From Longimicrobiales bacterium (GTDB taxonomy: Bacteria; Gemmatimonadota; Gemmatimonadetes; Longimicrobiales; Gaopeijiaceae), in assembly GCA_965226375.1 (NCBI GenBank), contig CBDDCX010000007.1:32001-96000 (forward strand): 64,000 nucleotides of DNA. Reading direction: 5' to 3'. The position numbers and the translations under genes were made by a program. Each line of letters starts with the position of its first letter. The stretch's first letter is position 1. Under the pieces are notes generated by a model. That model made no database searches. It saw nothing but the letters and a program-made list of their open reading frames with translations, and had not been told where the DNA came from. Positions 9,165 through 17,841 of this stretch are shown here, piece by piece.

Positions 9165-10616
9165 ATGATGACTATCGCTCGTAGGACCTCGCTGGCATGC
9201 GGCCTACTCGCCGTCGCCTTTACGCTCGGGAGCGACCATCTCGTCGCCCAGACACCGTTGAAGACGGGCTCGGCCGAGATGCGTTTTTGGGACTGGACCA
9301 GCCTCGACTTCTCGGCCGAGGAGTACGCGGCGCGCAGGAATCGCCTCCTCGACGGACTGGCCGCATCAGGCGGGGGCATCCTGATCGTGCCCGGAGATCA
9401 CGGCACTAGCCACGGGGTGACGTTTCGGCAGCTCGACGACTTTCACTACCTGACGGGGCTCGAGGTCCCGGCCTCGCTCCTGGCTCTCGATGCGGACCGT
9501 CGGGAAGTATGGCTCTTTACGCCGCGTCGGGACGCACGGTATGAGAACCCCGGACGCCCCAACGACTTTCCCGGCCGGCCGCTGGGCGATGATCCTACCC
9601 TCGCCACGGTCTCCGGCATCGAGCAGATCGTCGACGCCGCCACGTTCGAGTCCCGCCTGGACGAGTGGACGCGTGAGGGTCGCCTGCTACGAGTGAACGG
9701 AGGGCGGCGCGGCGGCTTGCCCTCGTCCGAGACCGTAGCCCTTCCGGACTGGGACGCCCAAGATCTGCTTCTGCTCCACATACGCACGACCCGGCCGACG
9801 GCCCGCCTCGCGAACGCGTTCGAGGCGATCGCTCGGGTTCGCTCCGTGAAGGGCCCTGCCGAGATCGACGCCATGCGCCGGGTGGCCGAACTCACCATGC
9901 GTTCCATCCGCGAAGCCGCCGGATGGGTCACATCAGGAGTGGACGAACGGACCCTGGAGGGTCACTTCCAGCTCGCCTGTAAGCGGGGCGGCTCACAACG
10001 CGTGCCCTTCCACCCGATCGTGAAGTCGGGTCCCAACTCCCTGAGACCCTGGAGGGTGCTCACGGCTCATTACGACCGGCGCAACAGGCGCATGGAGAAC
10101 GGGGACCTGGTCATATTCGACGTCGGCTGCGAGCTGGACCACTTCGTGAGCGACGTGGGTCGAACGTTTCCCGTGTCCGGCCGCTTCAGCGCCGAGCAGC
10201 GGCGGGCCTTGGAGCTGAGCACGTCCGTGTCGGACGCCATAATCGCGGCGGTCCGTCCCGGCATCACACTGCTCGATCTACAGGAAGTGGCGGACACCAG
10301 CATCCCGAACGATCAGAGGAAATACATGCAGACTGGCCTCTACTTCGGGCATCACATCGGGCTCTCCACGGGAACACCGGTCCTGACGGACGAGCCGTTG
10401 CAGCCCGGCATGATCTTCACCGTGGAGCCCTGGTACTACAACCACGACGATCAGATCTCGGTCTTTGTCGAAGACGTGGTTCTGGTCACCGAGACGGGCG
10501 TCGAAGTGCTGTCCGACGACCTGCCGCCCAGCGCCGAGGAGTTGGAGAAGCTCGTCCCGGGCCGGTACCGTCGAACTGCTGCCACCGAGTCGGCCAAGAG
10601 CGCCCAGGTCGACTAG
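9165..10616 (+). CDS. Secreted Xaa-Pro aminopeptidase-like M24B peptidase
   Basis: FRQLDDFHYLTG N-domain. Metal ligands in DVG, SDVGRT, GHHIG, TVEP, VED. Signal peptide present. Confidence 0.9.
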   Translation: MMTIARRTSLACGLLAVAFTLGSDHLVAQTPLKTGSAEMRFWDWTSLDFSAEEYAARRNRLLDGLAASGGGILIVPGDHGTSHGVTFRQLDDFHYLTGLEVPASLLALDADRREVWLFTPRRDARYENPGRPNDFPGRPLGDDPTLATVSGIEQIVDAATFESRLDEWTREGRLLRVNGGRRGGLPSSETVALPDWDAQDLLLLHIRTTRPTARLANAFEAIARVRSVKGPAEIDAMRRVAELTMRSIREAAGWVTSGVDERTLEGHFQLACKRGGSQRVPFHPIVKSGPNSLRPWRVLTAHYDRRNRRMENGDLVIFDVGCELDHFVSDVGRTFPVSGRFSAEQRRALELSTSVSDAIIAAVRPGITLLDLQEVADTSIPNDQRKYMQTGLYFGHHIGLSTGTPVLTDEPLQPGMIFTVEPWYYNHDDQISVFVEDVVLVTETGVEVLSDDLPPSAEELEKLVPGRYRRTAATESAKSAQVD

Positions 10617-10658
10617 GGGCCGTCGGTCCCGCAGGCATGCGGCCAAGCCGCCGCCGCC

Positions 10659-12755
10659 TCAGCGCCCCTGGGGCTGACCGTCCTCCGTTGACGGAATATC
10701 CAACGGGATCTCGATGTCTTCGTCCCAGATGTACTTCAAGAACCACTGCCAGTTGTGCCATAGCCCTCCCAAGCGCTGCTTGAGAGGACCCACACCGTGG
10801 GTCCGGCCCGGATAGATCACGAAGCGGTTCTCCACGCCCAAGTCCTGGAGAGCGTGTTGGAGCTCGTAGGCGTTCAGAACCGTCACGACCGGATCACCAT
10901 CCACATGCTGAATCAGCGTCGGTGTCGATGCGTTGTTGATGTAGGTGATGGGCGACGCCACGGCATACGCATAGGCATCTTCCCAAGGCGCGGCATCGAA
11001 GGAATAGAAACGAGTGGTGTAGCTGCCTGGCTCCCAAGCATAGTGCGTCCGCCAATCCGTGATGCCGGCTCCCACCGACACAGCCTTGAACGCTTTGCTT
11101 GTTGCCGTGAGGTAGGCGGAGATGAACCCGCCGTAGCTCCACCCCATCACACCCACGCGGTCACCGTCCACCAATCCCTCGGCCACCAGATGCGCCACCC
11201 CAGCCTCCACGTCGCCCGCGTCACCCCAGCCCACACCGCGGTGGTGCAACTGGCGGAACTCGCCACCCCACCCCGTGGAGCCCCGATAGTTCGGCTGGAG
11301 TACCAGGGCGCCCTTCCGGAGGAAGTGGGTGACCGGGTACACGCCCGACGAGGTCAACGTCAGTCCCGGGCGGGACACCGCGCGAGGACCACCGTGCACC
11401 ACTACCAACAGCGGATACCGCATGCCGGGCTCGTAGCCGTCCGGCTTGTGCAGGATGCCCTCGATGGGCACTCCGCCGGGCCCGGTCCAGGAGACCACCT
11501 CGCGGGAGCCCAGTTGCCAGCCCTGCACTTGGTCGGTCATGTCGGTGAGCGATCGTGGGTCGAACACGGCAAGGTCGGACCGATAGATCTCACCTAGGCG
11601 GGTGGGAGTCTGCGCGGAAAACGCCACCGTAGATCCGTCGGCCGAGACGCTCGCCTGGCCGACCAGCAGCGGTGTCTCACTGATTTGGGTGATCTCAGCG
11701 TCGGTCACGTCCACCCGGAAGAGATGGCTCTGCACACCTCGGAGCGCGGTCAGCCAGATACCATCCTCCGTCCAGGCCACCGGGTTGGGCTCGGTAGGGA
11801 GGTCGCCGGTCAGCACACGAAGCGTTCCGCCGTGGGCGGGCACCACCGTCAACTCCATGGGCAGGTTGGTGATGCTGTCCGAGAGGGTGGAGAGGAACGC
11901 GACACTCCGGCCGTCGGGTGACCACATCGGCCGCCTGTCCGGTCCGGCCTCGGATACGAGCGGCCGGGTCCGGCCACTCGCCACGTCCACCACCGACAGG
12001 TCGGCCTTCCACCAGGAGTTCCGACCCGGATCCATAAGGTGCACAAAAGCGATCTCCGACCCGTCGGGGGACCAGGCCAGCTCGGTGACCGTGAAGTCCC
12101 CGCTGGTGAGTCGCCTCGGCGGACCGTCACCGGTCATGGACGTCACCCACAGCTGCGAGCGCCGTGACTCCTCGTCGCGGAAGTTGAATGGCCCATATAG
12201 CTCCTGCTCCCGGCGATCCCTTTCGGACAGGGGCTCCCGGGCAAGAACAGCGACGGCGCTCCCATCTGGAGAAAAGCGGTAGGTACCGGCCCCCGGGACG
12301 CCTAGCTCCACCGTGCGGCTGCTCCCGCCATCCGGGGAGAGCAGCTTGAGGGCAGGTGTGTCGCCAGAGGCACGGCAGGCCAGCCATCGGCCGTCGGGAG
12401 TCCACTGGACCGAACTACGGCACCCGTCCGCCTCCGTCGCGATGCGCACCGGGGTCTCGTCACCCTCGGCGATCCAGAGTTCCGATACGGATCGATTCTG
12501 CTCCCAATCCGGGATGCGGAGCGTGTAGGCCACCCACTGTCCATCGGGACTGATGGCGGGGCTGCCGACCGACCGAAGGCTCAGCATGTCTCTGAAGGTG
12601 GGTCCGGCCGGCAGGCCGGGGTCGACGGCAACCGTCGCGCCCGATTGGGCCGCCAGGGGAACCGCCGTTGAAACCCAAGCAAGGGTCAGGACCAGAAGGG
12701 CCAGAAGCCGTCCACCGGTGGATGCCGGCAACGTTGGACACTTGGAATAGCTCAT
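10659..12755 (-). CDS. Secreted S9 family peptidase (TolB-like propeller + alpha/beta hydrolase)
   Basis: Repeated WSPDG motifs, VHGGP, NYRGSTG, GWSYGG nucleophile, D(PVV), H(GRTHG). Confidence 0.93.
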   Translation of the reverse strand: MSYSKCPTLPASTGGRLLALLVLTLAWVSTAVPLAAQSGATVAVDPGLPAGPTFRDMLSLRSVGSPAISPDGQWVAYTLRIPDWEQNRSVSELWIAEGDETPVRIATEADGCRSSVQWTPDGRWLACRASGDTPALKLLSPDGGSSRTVELGVPGAGTYRFSPDGSAVAVLAREPLSERDRREQELYGPFNFRDEESRRSQLWVTSMTGDGPPRRLTSGDFTVTELAWSPDGSEIAFVHLMDPGRNSWWKADLSVVDVASGRTRPLVSEAGPDRRPMWSPDGRSVAFLSTLSDSITNLPMELTVVPAHGGTLRVLTGDLPTEPNPVAWTEDGIWLTALRGVQSHLFRVDVTDAEITQISETPLLVGQASVSADGSTVAFSAQTPTRLGEIYRSDLAVFDPRSLTDMTDQVQGWQLGSREVVSWTGPGGVPIEGILHKPDGYEPGMRYPLLVVVHGGPRAVSRPGLTLTSSGVYPVTHFLRKGALVLQPNYRGSTGWGGEFRQLHHRGVGWGDAGDVEAGVAHLVAEGLVDGDRVGVMGWSYGGFISAYLTATSKAFKAVSVGAGITDWRTHYAWEPGSYTTRFYSFDAAPWEDAYAYAVASPITYINNASTPTLIQHVDGDPVVTVLNAYELQHALQDLGVENRFVIYPGRTHGVGPLKQRLGGLWHNWQWFLKYIWDEDIEIPLDIPSTEDGQPQGR

Positions 12756-14119
12756 TGAATAACTCGCCTTAAGACAAGGTGGCCGCTGCCCACATCGAGG
12801 TGGAGCTCCGCGGCGCGGCTGCCGTCCATGACGAACATGTATCGGAGCGTGCCCCGCCCGAAGGTGGTCCTCTCGATGTGCCGGATCACATTCGGATCTC
12901 CGTTCCCCGCAGCAGTGAGTTCCCCGTCTTCGTTGACCGCGATGGTTTGCGTCATCCTGCGCCCGAGCGTCGGCCCTTCGTACGAGCCCACCAAAGCGGA
13001 CAGGTCGTCCCGGTACTCGCTCTCCGCCGGCTCCCGCCTGCCGAGCAGATGCTCCCCGATGCGGTCAGTGGACCAGGCGGGCCCTGGAGGGCCGGCGGTG
13101 TTGAACAGCACCACGATGGACACGTCTTGATCCGGGTAGTACCGACTGTGGGATGTGTAGCCGGGGATCCCGCCGCCGTGCTGCAGGACCCGTCCCGAGG
13201 GGGTCGTCAGGTGAGCGATCCCCATGGCGTAGCGCGGTGTCATCCCGTGGGGAAGCGGCCTCGGGGTAATCAGCATTCGGTAGGCTTCCGGCGAGAGGAC
13301 CTTCTCCGTGTGCAGGGCTCGAAGCCAGGTCAGTTGATCTCTGACGGTGGAGCACAAGGAGCCGGCAGCGTAAGGCCACGTATGGTCGATGTACTGCTTC
13401 CGTCGTAGACCGTCGGGACGAGCATCGTATCCATGCGCCCGGTTCTTGCGGATCGCGGTGGAGCTGCAGTACGAGGAGTCACCCATATCGAACGGTCCGA
13501 ATATCTGCTCCTGGAGATATTCCTCGTATGGCTGCCCCGAGACTTCCTCGATGATGAGTCCCAGAAGGAAGTATCCCGAGTTGTTGTAGATCAGGGCCTC
13601 GCCGGGAGCGAAGTCGAATGGGGCCGCGCCGATCAGCGACACCAGCGTATCGCGGGGGTGCTCCTCGGCCACGATCGCCTCGAAGCTGTCCATCGAGGTG
13701 TAGCTCTTGATTCCGGAGGTGTGGTCGAAGAGGCGACGGACCGGAATGGCATGGCCCTGCGTGTCCAGATCCGGAAGGTAGTCGGTGACGTCCGCGTCGA
13801 GGTCGACCTTCCCCTCCTCCCACAACTTGAGCATCGCCACCGACGTGAATTGCTTGGTGATCGATCCGATCTCGTGGACGGCGTCCTCGGTCATGGGGAT
13901 GTCGAACTCGAGGTCCGCGTACCCGTAGGTCTCGAACAGGAGCGTCTCGGCTCCCCGCATTACGCCGACGCTGATGCCCGCCACACGGGCCGAGTCGACG
14001 AGGTTGGCGGCTATGGAGTCGACGAACGCGGCGAGGTCCTGTTCCTGTGCCTGAAGCGCCGCCGGGGCGAGCAGGAGTGTCGCGGCTACGGCACAGAGGC
14101 TCTTGGATCGGAGTGTCAT
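12752..14119 (-). CDS. Secreted serine hydrolase, beta-lactamase/S12 family
   Basis: GSITKQF (SxxK), YNNSGY (YxN), HGGG. Signal peptide; stop overlaps the next start. Confidence 0.92.
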   Translation of the reverse strand: MTLRSKSLCAVAATLLLAPAALQAQEQDLAAFVDSIAANLVDSARVAGISVGVMRGAETLLFETYGYADLEFDIPMTEDAVHEIGSITKQFTSVAMLKLWEEGKVDLDADVTDYLPDLDTQGHAIPVRRLFDHTSGIKSYTSMDSFEAIVAEEHPRDTLVSLIGAAPFDFAPGEALIYNNSGYFLLGLIIEEVSGQPYEEYLQEQIFGPFDMGDSSYCSSTAIRKNRAHGYDARPDGLRRKQYIDHTWPYAAGSLCSTVRDQLTWLRALHTEKVLSPEAYRMLITPRPLPHGMTPRYAMGIAHLTTPSGRVLQHGGGIPGYTSHSRYYPDQDVSIVVLFNTAGPPGPAWSTDRIGEHLLGRREPAESEYRDDLSALVGSYEGPTLGRRMTQTIAVNEDGELTAAGNGDPNVIRHIERTTFGRGTLRYMFVMDGSRAAELHLDVGSGHLVLRRVIQ

Positions 14120-14192
14120 CGAGATCTCGGTCCGAGAAGGTTGGTAGGCTCAAGTGTGCAATGGACTTACAGCTGAGACGATGCGCCCACGC

Positions 14193-15434
14193 TCAGCGTC
14201 CGTGCGGCCGGAGCTGGTCCCAGTTCAGGGCGTTGTACTTCCGGAGAACCTCCAGCGTTTCCTCGATGGGGATGGCCTGGAGGGTCCCACGAGAGCTCGT
14301 GACGGTGGTCGCCTTGAACATGGCGTTGTAGATGGCCTCTTCAGTGGCCTCTGCAGCGGCGGCGAAGAGCGGTGACATCTGGGCATTGAGGAGAGATTCT
14401 CCAGGCCAGGGCTTGCGATTGGACCGGACTCGCCGCACTTCGGCTGCGGTGGAAAACGCGATCACGTAATCCCCGGAGCTGTTCGACGCGTACGATCCGG
14501 TGCGAGCGAGTCCCATGATGACCCGTCTCGACAGGCGCTCCAGGTTCATCGGAGTCAACGGTGCGTCGGTGGCCACCACCATCATGATGGAGCCGCCGTC
14601 GTGTGGGGACAGGTCGGCGCCACCCTCCGCAGCCTCGTCCCCACCCCCCGAGTCCCCCGCTCCACCTTCCAGCAACCCGCTGTACGGGTAGTTACCAAGC
14701 TCCCGTCCAACCGGCGCCCCGTTCATGCTGAGCACGCCACCGAAGTTCGTCTGCACTAGGATCCCCACAGTGTATCCACCCAACTCTTCCGGAAGCACCC
14801 GCGAGCTCGTGCCGATGCCACCCTTCCACGCGAACGCCTGCGAGCCGGTGCCACCCCCCACACTCCCCTCCGCGACCGGTCCGCTCGCCGCATTGTCCAG
14901 AGCCTCAGCCACGTGCTCGTAGGTGATCGGATCGGCCCACATGTCGTTCACCCGGCTGTCGTTTACCTCGCCGACGATCGGGTTGATGGTGTGCTGTGAC
15001 TCGCCCGGGCGGTGGAGCAGATAGTCGGCCAAAGCCTCGGCCGCGTTCCAGACGCACAGGGTGCACACCAGGAGGATGGGTGTCTCGATCTCACCGAATT
15101 CTCTGACCTGGGTCTCGCCGATGAGCTTGCCGTAGCCGTTGCCCTGATGGATCCACCCGGGGACGGGCTCTCGGTAGAGATCGCCCGGAGCCGGAATAAT
15201 GGCGGTGACGCCGGTCCGGATCGTCTCTCCTTCGATGACGGTCGAATGCCCTACCAGAACACCGTCGACGTCGGTGATGGCATTGTGCTGACCCGGCTCG
15301 AAGATGCCGACGACGAGTCCGGCCTCACGGGCACGGGGACGTTCCTGGCTCTCGGCCTTGTCGGCATCGAGCCCTGACCCGGCAAGCAAGAGGACGACCA
15401 GCGAGATCCGAACCGACCGTGCTCCGACACCCAT
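14193..15434 (-). CDS. P1/S58 family peptidase (DmpA-like L-aminopeptidase/D-esterase, beta-peptidyl aminopeptidase)
   Basis: NAITDVDGVLVGH, TGVTAI, NGYGKL, KGGIGTSSR, QTNFG, G|SI autoprocessing site, SSGD, EEAIYN. Confidence 0.92.
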   Translation of the reverse strand: MGVGARSVRISLVVLLLAGSGLDADKAESQERPRAREAGLVVGIFEPGQHNAITDVDGVLVGHSTVIEGETIRTGVTAIIPAPGDLYREPVPGWIHQGNGYGKLIGETQVREFGEIETPILLVCTLCVWNAAEALADYLLHRPGESQHTINPIVGEVNDSRVNDMWADPITYEHVAEALDNAASGPVAEGSVGGGTGSQAFAWKGGIGTSSRVLPEELGGYTVGILVQTNFGGVLSMNGAPVGRELGNYPYSGLLEGGAGDSGGGDEAAEGGADLSPHDGGSIMMVVATDAPLTPMNLERLSRRVIMGLARTGSYASNSSGDYVIAFSTAAEVRRVRSNRKPWPGESLLNAQMSPLFAAAAEATEEAIYNAMFKATTVTSSRGTLQAIPIEETLEVLRKYNALNWDQLRPHGR

Positions 15435-15521
15435 GGCGCCCTCCCGAATTTCCGGGGCGGCTCAGCGTGTGCCGCCCGAAGACCGGAACATGCCCAAGGC
15501 GCACGGGCAGGGCAAACACCT

Positions 15522-16121
15522 TCAGGAGCCGTTCGGGATGTCGGTGTCGGCGGGCTCGCCGTCTGATGCTTCTGCGTCGCCCTCTTCGCGCACATCGCCG
15601 GTCGGCTCGTCCCTCATGAAGGCCTCGGCGTCGAAGTGCCCCAGCTGGAGGGCAGCTGTGATCGGATCGATGAACTCCGTCTCGGGTTCGATCGTCTCCG
15701 GTGCAGCAGGGGCTACGCCGAGTTCATCCGCGCCATCCCCCGGATCGCCGGCGCCCTCCTCCCCCCCAGCGTCTCTCTCCTTCGGAGTCGATCCGCCGAC
15801 CCCGTACGTGATGGACGCGTAGAGTCGCGAACCCGACGACTCTTCCCGTGCCTGGCCCAACGAGCGAAGCTGGAAGAGGTGTGTCGTGGTAGAGAAGATG
15901 ACGAGCGCGACGGTCGCCATCCTTACCGTGGCTGAAACGCTTACGGGAAACACCCCCGGCACCGTGGTCGCCATGAGGGCCATACCTGCCAGCCCCTCGA
16001 CGAGCGTGAGTAGTGCAACGCCGGCGCCACGGCGCGTCGTAGCGCGCCCCTTCAGGCCCGCCGAGACGAGCGCGAAGGCGCCAAAAACGAAGAGAAGGCC
16101 CCGAAGCGGAAGTTCACCCAT
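15522..16121 (-). CDS. Hypothetical membrane protein (3 TM helices + acidic tail)
   Basis: Hydrophobic segments then a D/E-rich C-terminus. The start is duplicated by a 45-bp repeat (ATG at 16121 or 16166). Confidence 0.7.
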   Translation of the reverse strand: MGELPLRGLLFVFGAFALVSAGLKGRATTRRGAGVALLTLVEGLAGMALMATTVPGVFPVSVSATVRMATVALVIFSTTTHLFQLRSLGQAREESSGSRLYASITYGVGGSTPKERDAGGEEGAGDPGDGADELGVAPAAPETIEPETEFIDPITAALQLGHFDAEAFMRDEPTGDVREEGDAEASDGEPADTDIPNGS

Positions 16122-16195
16122 GTCAGCAAGTTGGCCTAACGTGTGATCAGGCGGAAGTTCACCCATGTCAGCAAGTTGGCCTAACGTGTGATCAG
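16106..16195. repeat. Exact 45-bp tandem duplication
   Basis: GCGGAAGTTCACCCATGTCAGCAAGTTGGCCTAACGTGTGATCAG at 16106-16150 and 16151-16195. Confidence 0.97.
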
Positions 16196-17356
16196 CAGGA
16201 TTCGGTCGTCGGCCTGATCGGGGCGGCCACGACCGTCGCGATTACTCGTAGCCAGATACACCTCGCCGCCCGGACCGACCAGAACGTCACGAAGCCGCCC
16301 AAACTCCCCCCGATATAGGGCCTCACGGCCCACCGCCCGTCGCCCATCCGCAGACAGCTCGATGCGGTACAGCGTTGCTCCGGTAAGCGAGGTGGCAAGC
16401 AGGCTCCCATTCCATTCGGGAATGAGATCGCCGTCGTAGTAATCCAATCCGGAAATCCCTATGGTCGGTGTCCACGCTTCGAGAGGCTCCACCACGTCGT
16501 TGGCGGAGCAAAAGGCCTCCTCCCCAGAGGTGTCTCCATCGCAGAAGCCGTGAACGGCAGGCCATCCGAAGTTGCCGCCCCTCACGATCCGGCTGACCTC
16601 GTCGTTGTCGCTGGGACCGTGTTCGGCCACGTAGAGATATCCCGTACCCGGGTGGAAGACGATGCCCTGGGGGTTCCGGTGGCCAAACGAGTAGACCAGC
16701 GAGTTGAACGGATTGTCCGGCGCTGGCCTCCCGTCGAGCGTGACACGGAGCACCTTGCCCGCCAACGACTCCAGGTCCTGGGACAGGTTCGTCCGCCCCG
16801 CATCACCCATGGTCATGTAGAGGTAGCCGTCGGGGCCTACCGCCAGGCGCGACCCATTGTGGTTGCCCCGACCCGGAATATCGTCGATCAAGATCTCCGG
16901 CGGACCCAGCCCAGTGCCGTCGTACCGCACTCGAATCAGGCGATTCCTGACGGAGCTCCCGTCACGATAGGAATGGGCGAGGTACAGGTAGGGCTGATCG
17001 GTGAAATCGGGGTGGAAGGCCATGCCCATCAGCCCGCTCTCTCCCTGCTCCAGCACATCGACCTCACCCACGAGCGTGACCGTACCGGTGCTCGGGTCGA
17101 CGCGGGATACGAGGCCGGGCCGTTCGGTCACCCAGATCGATCCGTCGGGTCCCCAAGCCAAATCCCAAGGCGTATCCAGCCCGGACACGAGGGTCTCGAC
17201 TCGCAGTGGCGAGGTCGTGACCACGGTAGTGGTGGGAGTCTCGCTAGACGTAGTGCACAACGCCAAGGTCGCGCCGGCGAGGCCCGCCACAAAGACGGTG
17301 CGGACCACAGTCCTGAACGAGGCGATCCCGGGGGTCGGGTCTTTGGATTCCGGCAT
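16181..17356 (-). CDS. PQQ-dependent sugar (glucose/sorbosone) dehydrogenase
   Basis: LDTPWDLAW, VTERPG, ESGLMG, HNGSRL, GHRNPQG, EHGP..DE, GRLRDV. ATG at 17356 has a GAGGAG RBS. Confidence 0.92.
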   Translation of the reverse strand: MPESKDPTPGIASFRTVVRTVFVAGLAGATLALCTTSSETPTTTVVTTSPLRVETLVSGLDTPWDLAWGPDGSIWVTERPGLVSRVDPSTGTVTLVGEVDVLEQGESGLMGMAFHPDFTDQPYLYLAHSYRDGSSVRNRLIRVRYDGTGLGPPEILIDDIPGRGNHNGSRLAVGPDGYLYMTMGDAGRTNLSQDLESLAGKVLRVTLDGRPAPDNPFNSLVYSFGHRNPQGIVFHPGTGYLYVAEHGPSDNDEVSRIVRGGNFGWPAVHGFCDGDTSGEEAFCSANDVVEPLEAWTPTIGISGLDYYDGDLIPEWNGSLLATSLTGATLYRIELSADGRRAVGREALYRGEFGRLRDVLVGPGGEVYLATSNRDGRGRPDQADDRILLITR

Positions 17357-17547
17357 AGCTCGCTCCTCTTCGGTCGGCGGGTGCTGCCCTGGATTAATCG
17401 CCCGTCCCGACAATGCTGGCAATGGGCGCATCGCTCTTCCTGTCCCGGATATACGCTGGCAATCGGCACTGTATTTCGGGGACAGAACGCTAGCTCGAAG
17501 CCCTACGGCTTGCCGTCTCCCCGCCGGAGGCCGCAGACTACCGGACC

Positions 17548-17841
17548 ATGACCCCAGACCCTTCCCCCGACACCAGCGCAGCCCCCACGGCCTATTGGCG
17601 CCGTAACCTCACGTACGTCGCGGCACTCCTGGCCATCTGGTTCCTGGTCTCCTACGGGGCTGGGATCCTGTTCGTCGAGCAGCTCAACACCATCCGTATT
17701 CCAGGCACCGGCTTTCCGCTGGGCTTCTGGTTCGCGCAACAGGGCTCCATCTACGTCTTCGTCGTCCTGATCTTCGTGTACGTGGTTCTCATGAACCGCC
17801 TGGATCGGAAATACGGGCTCGACGAGGATGGAGATCGATGA
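17548..17841 (+). CDS. DUF4212 protein, small subunit of solute:sodium symporter
   Basis: YWRRNL..WFLVS..GFPLGFWFAQQGSIYVFV..MNRLD. Overlaps the SSS gene (ATGA). Confidence 0.92.
   Translation: MTPDPSPDTSAAPTAYWRRNLTYVAALLAIWFLVSYGAGILFVEQLNTIRIPGTGFPLGFWFAQQGSIYVFVVLIFVYVVLMNRLDRKYGLDEDGDR

Noticed and set aside
12752..14119. Beta-lactamase as an antibiotic-resistance gene
   Set aside because: The HGGG motif, C-terminal extension and peptidase context fit a generic S12 serine hydrolase, not class C AmpC.
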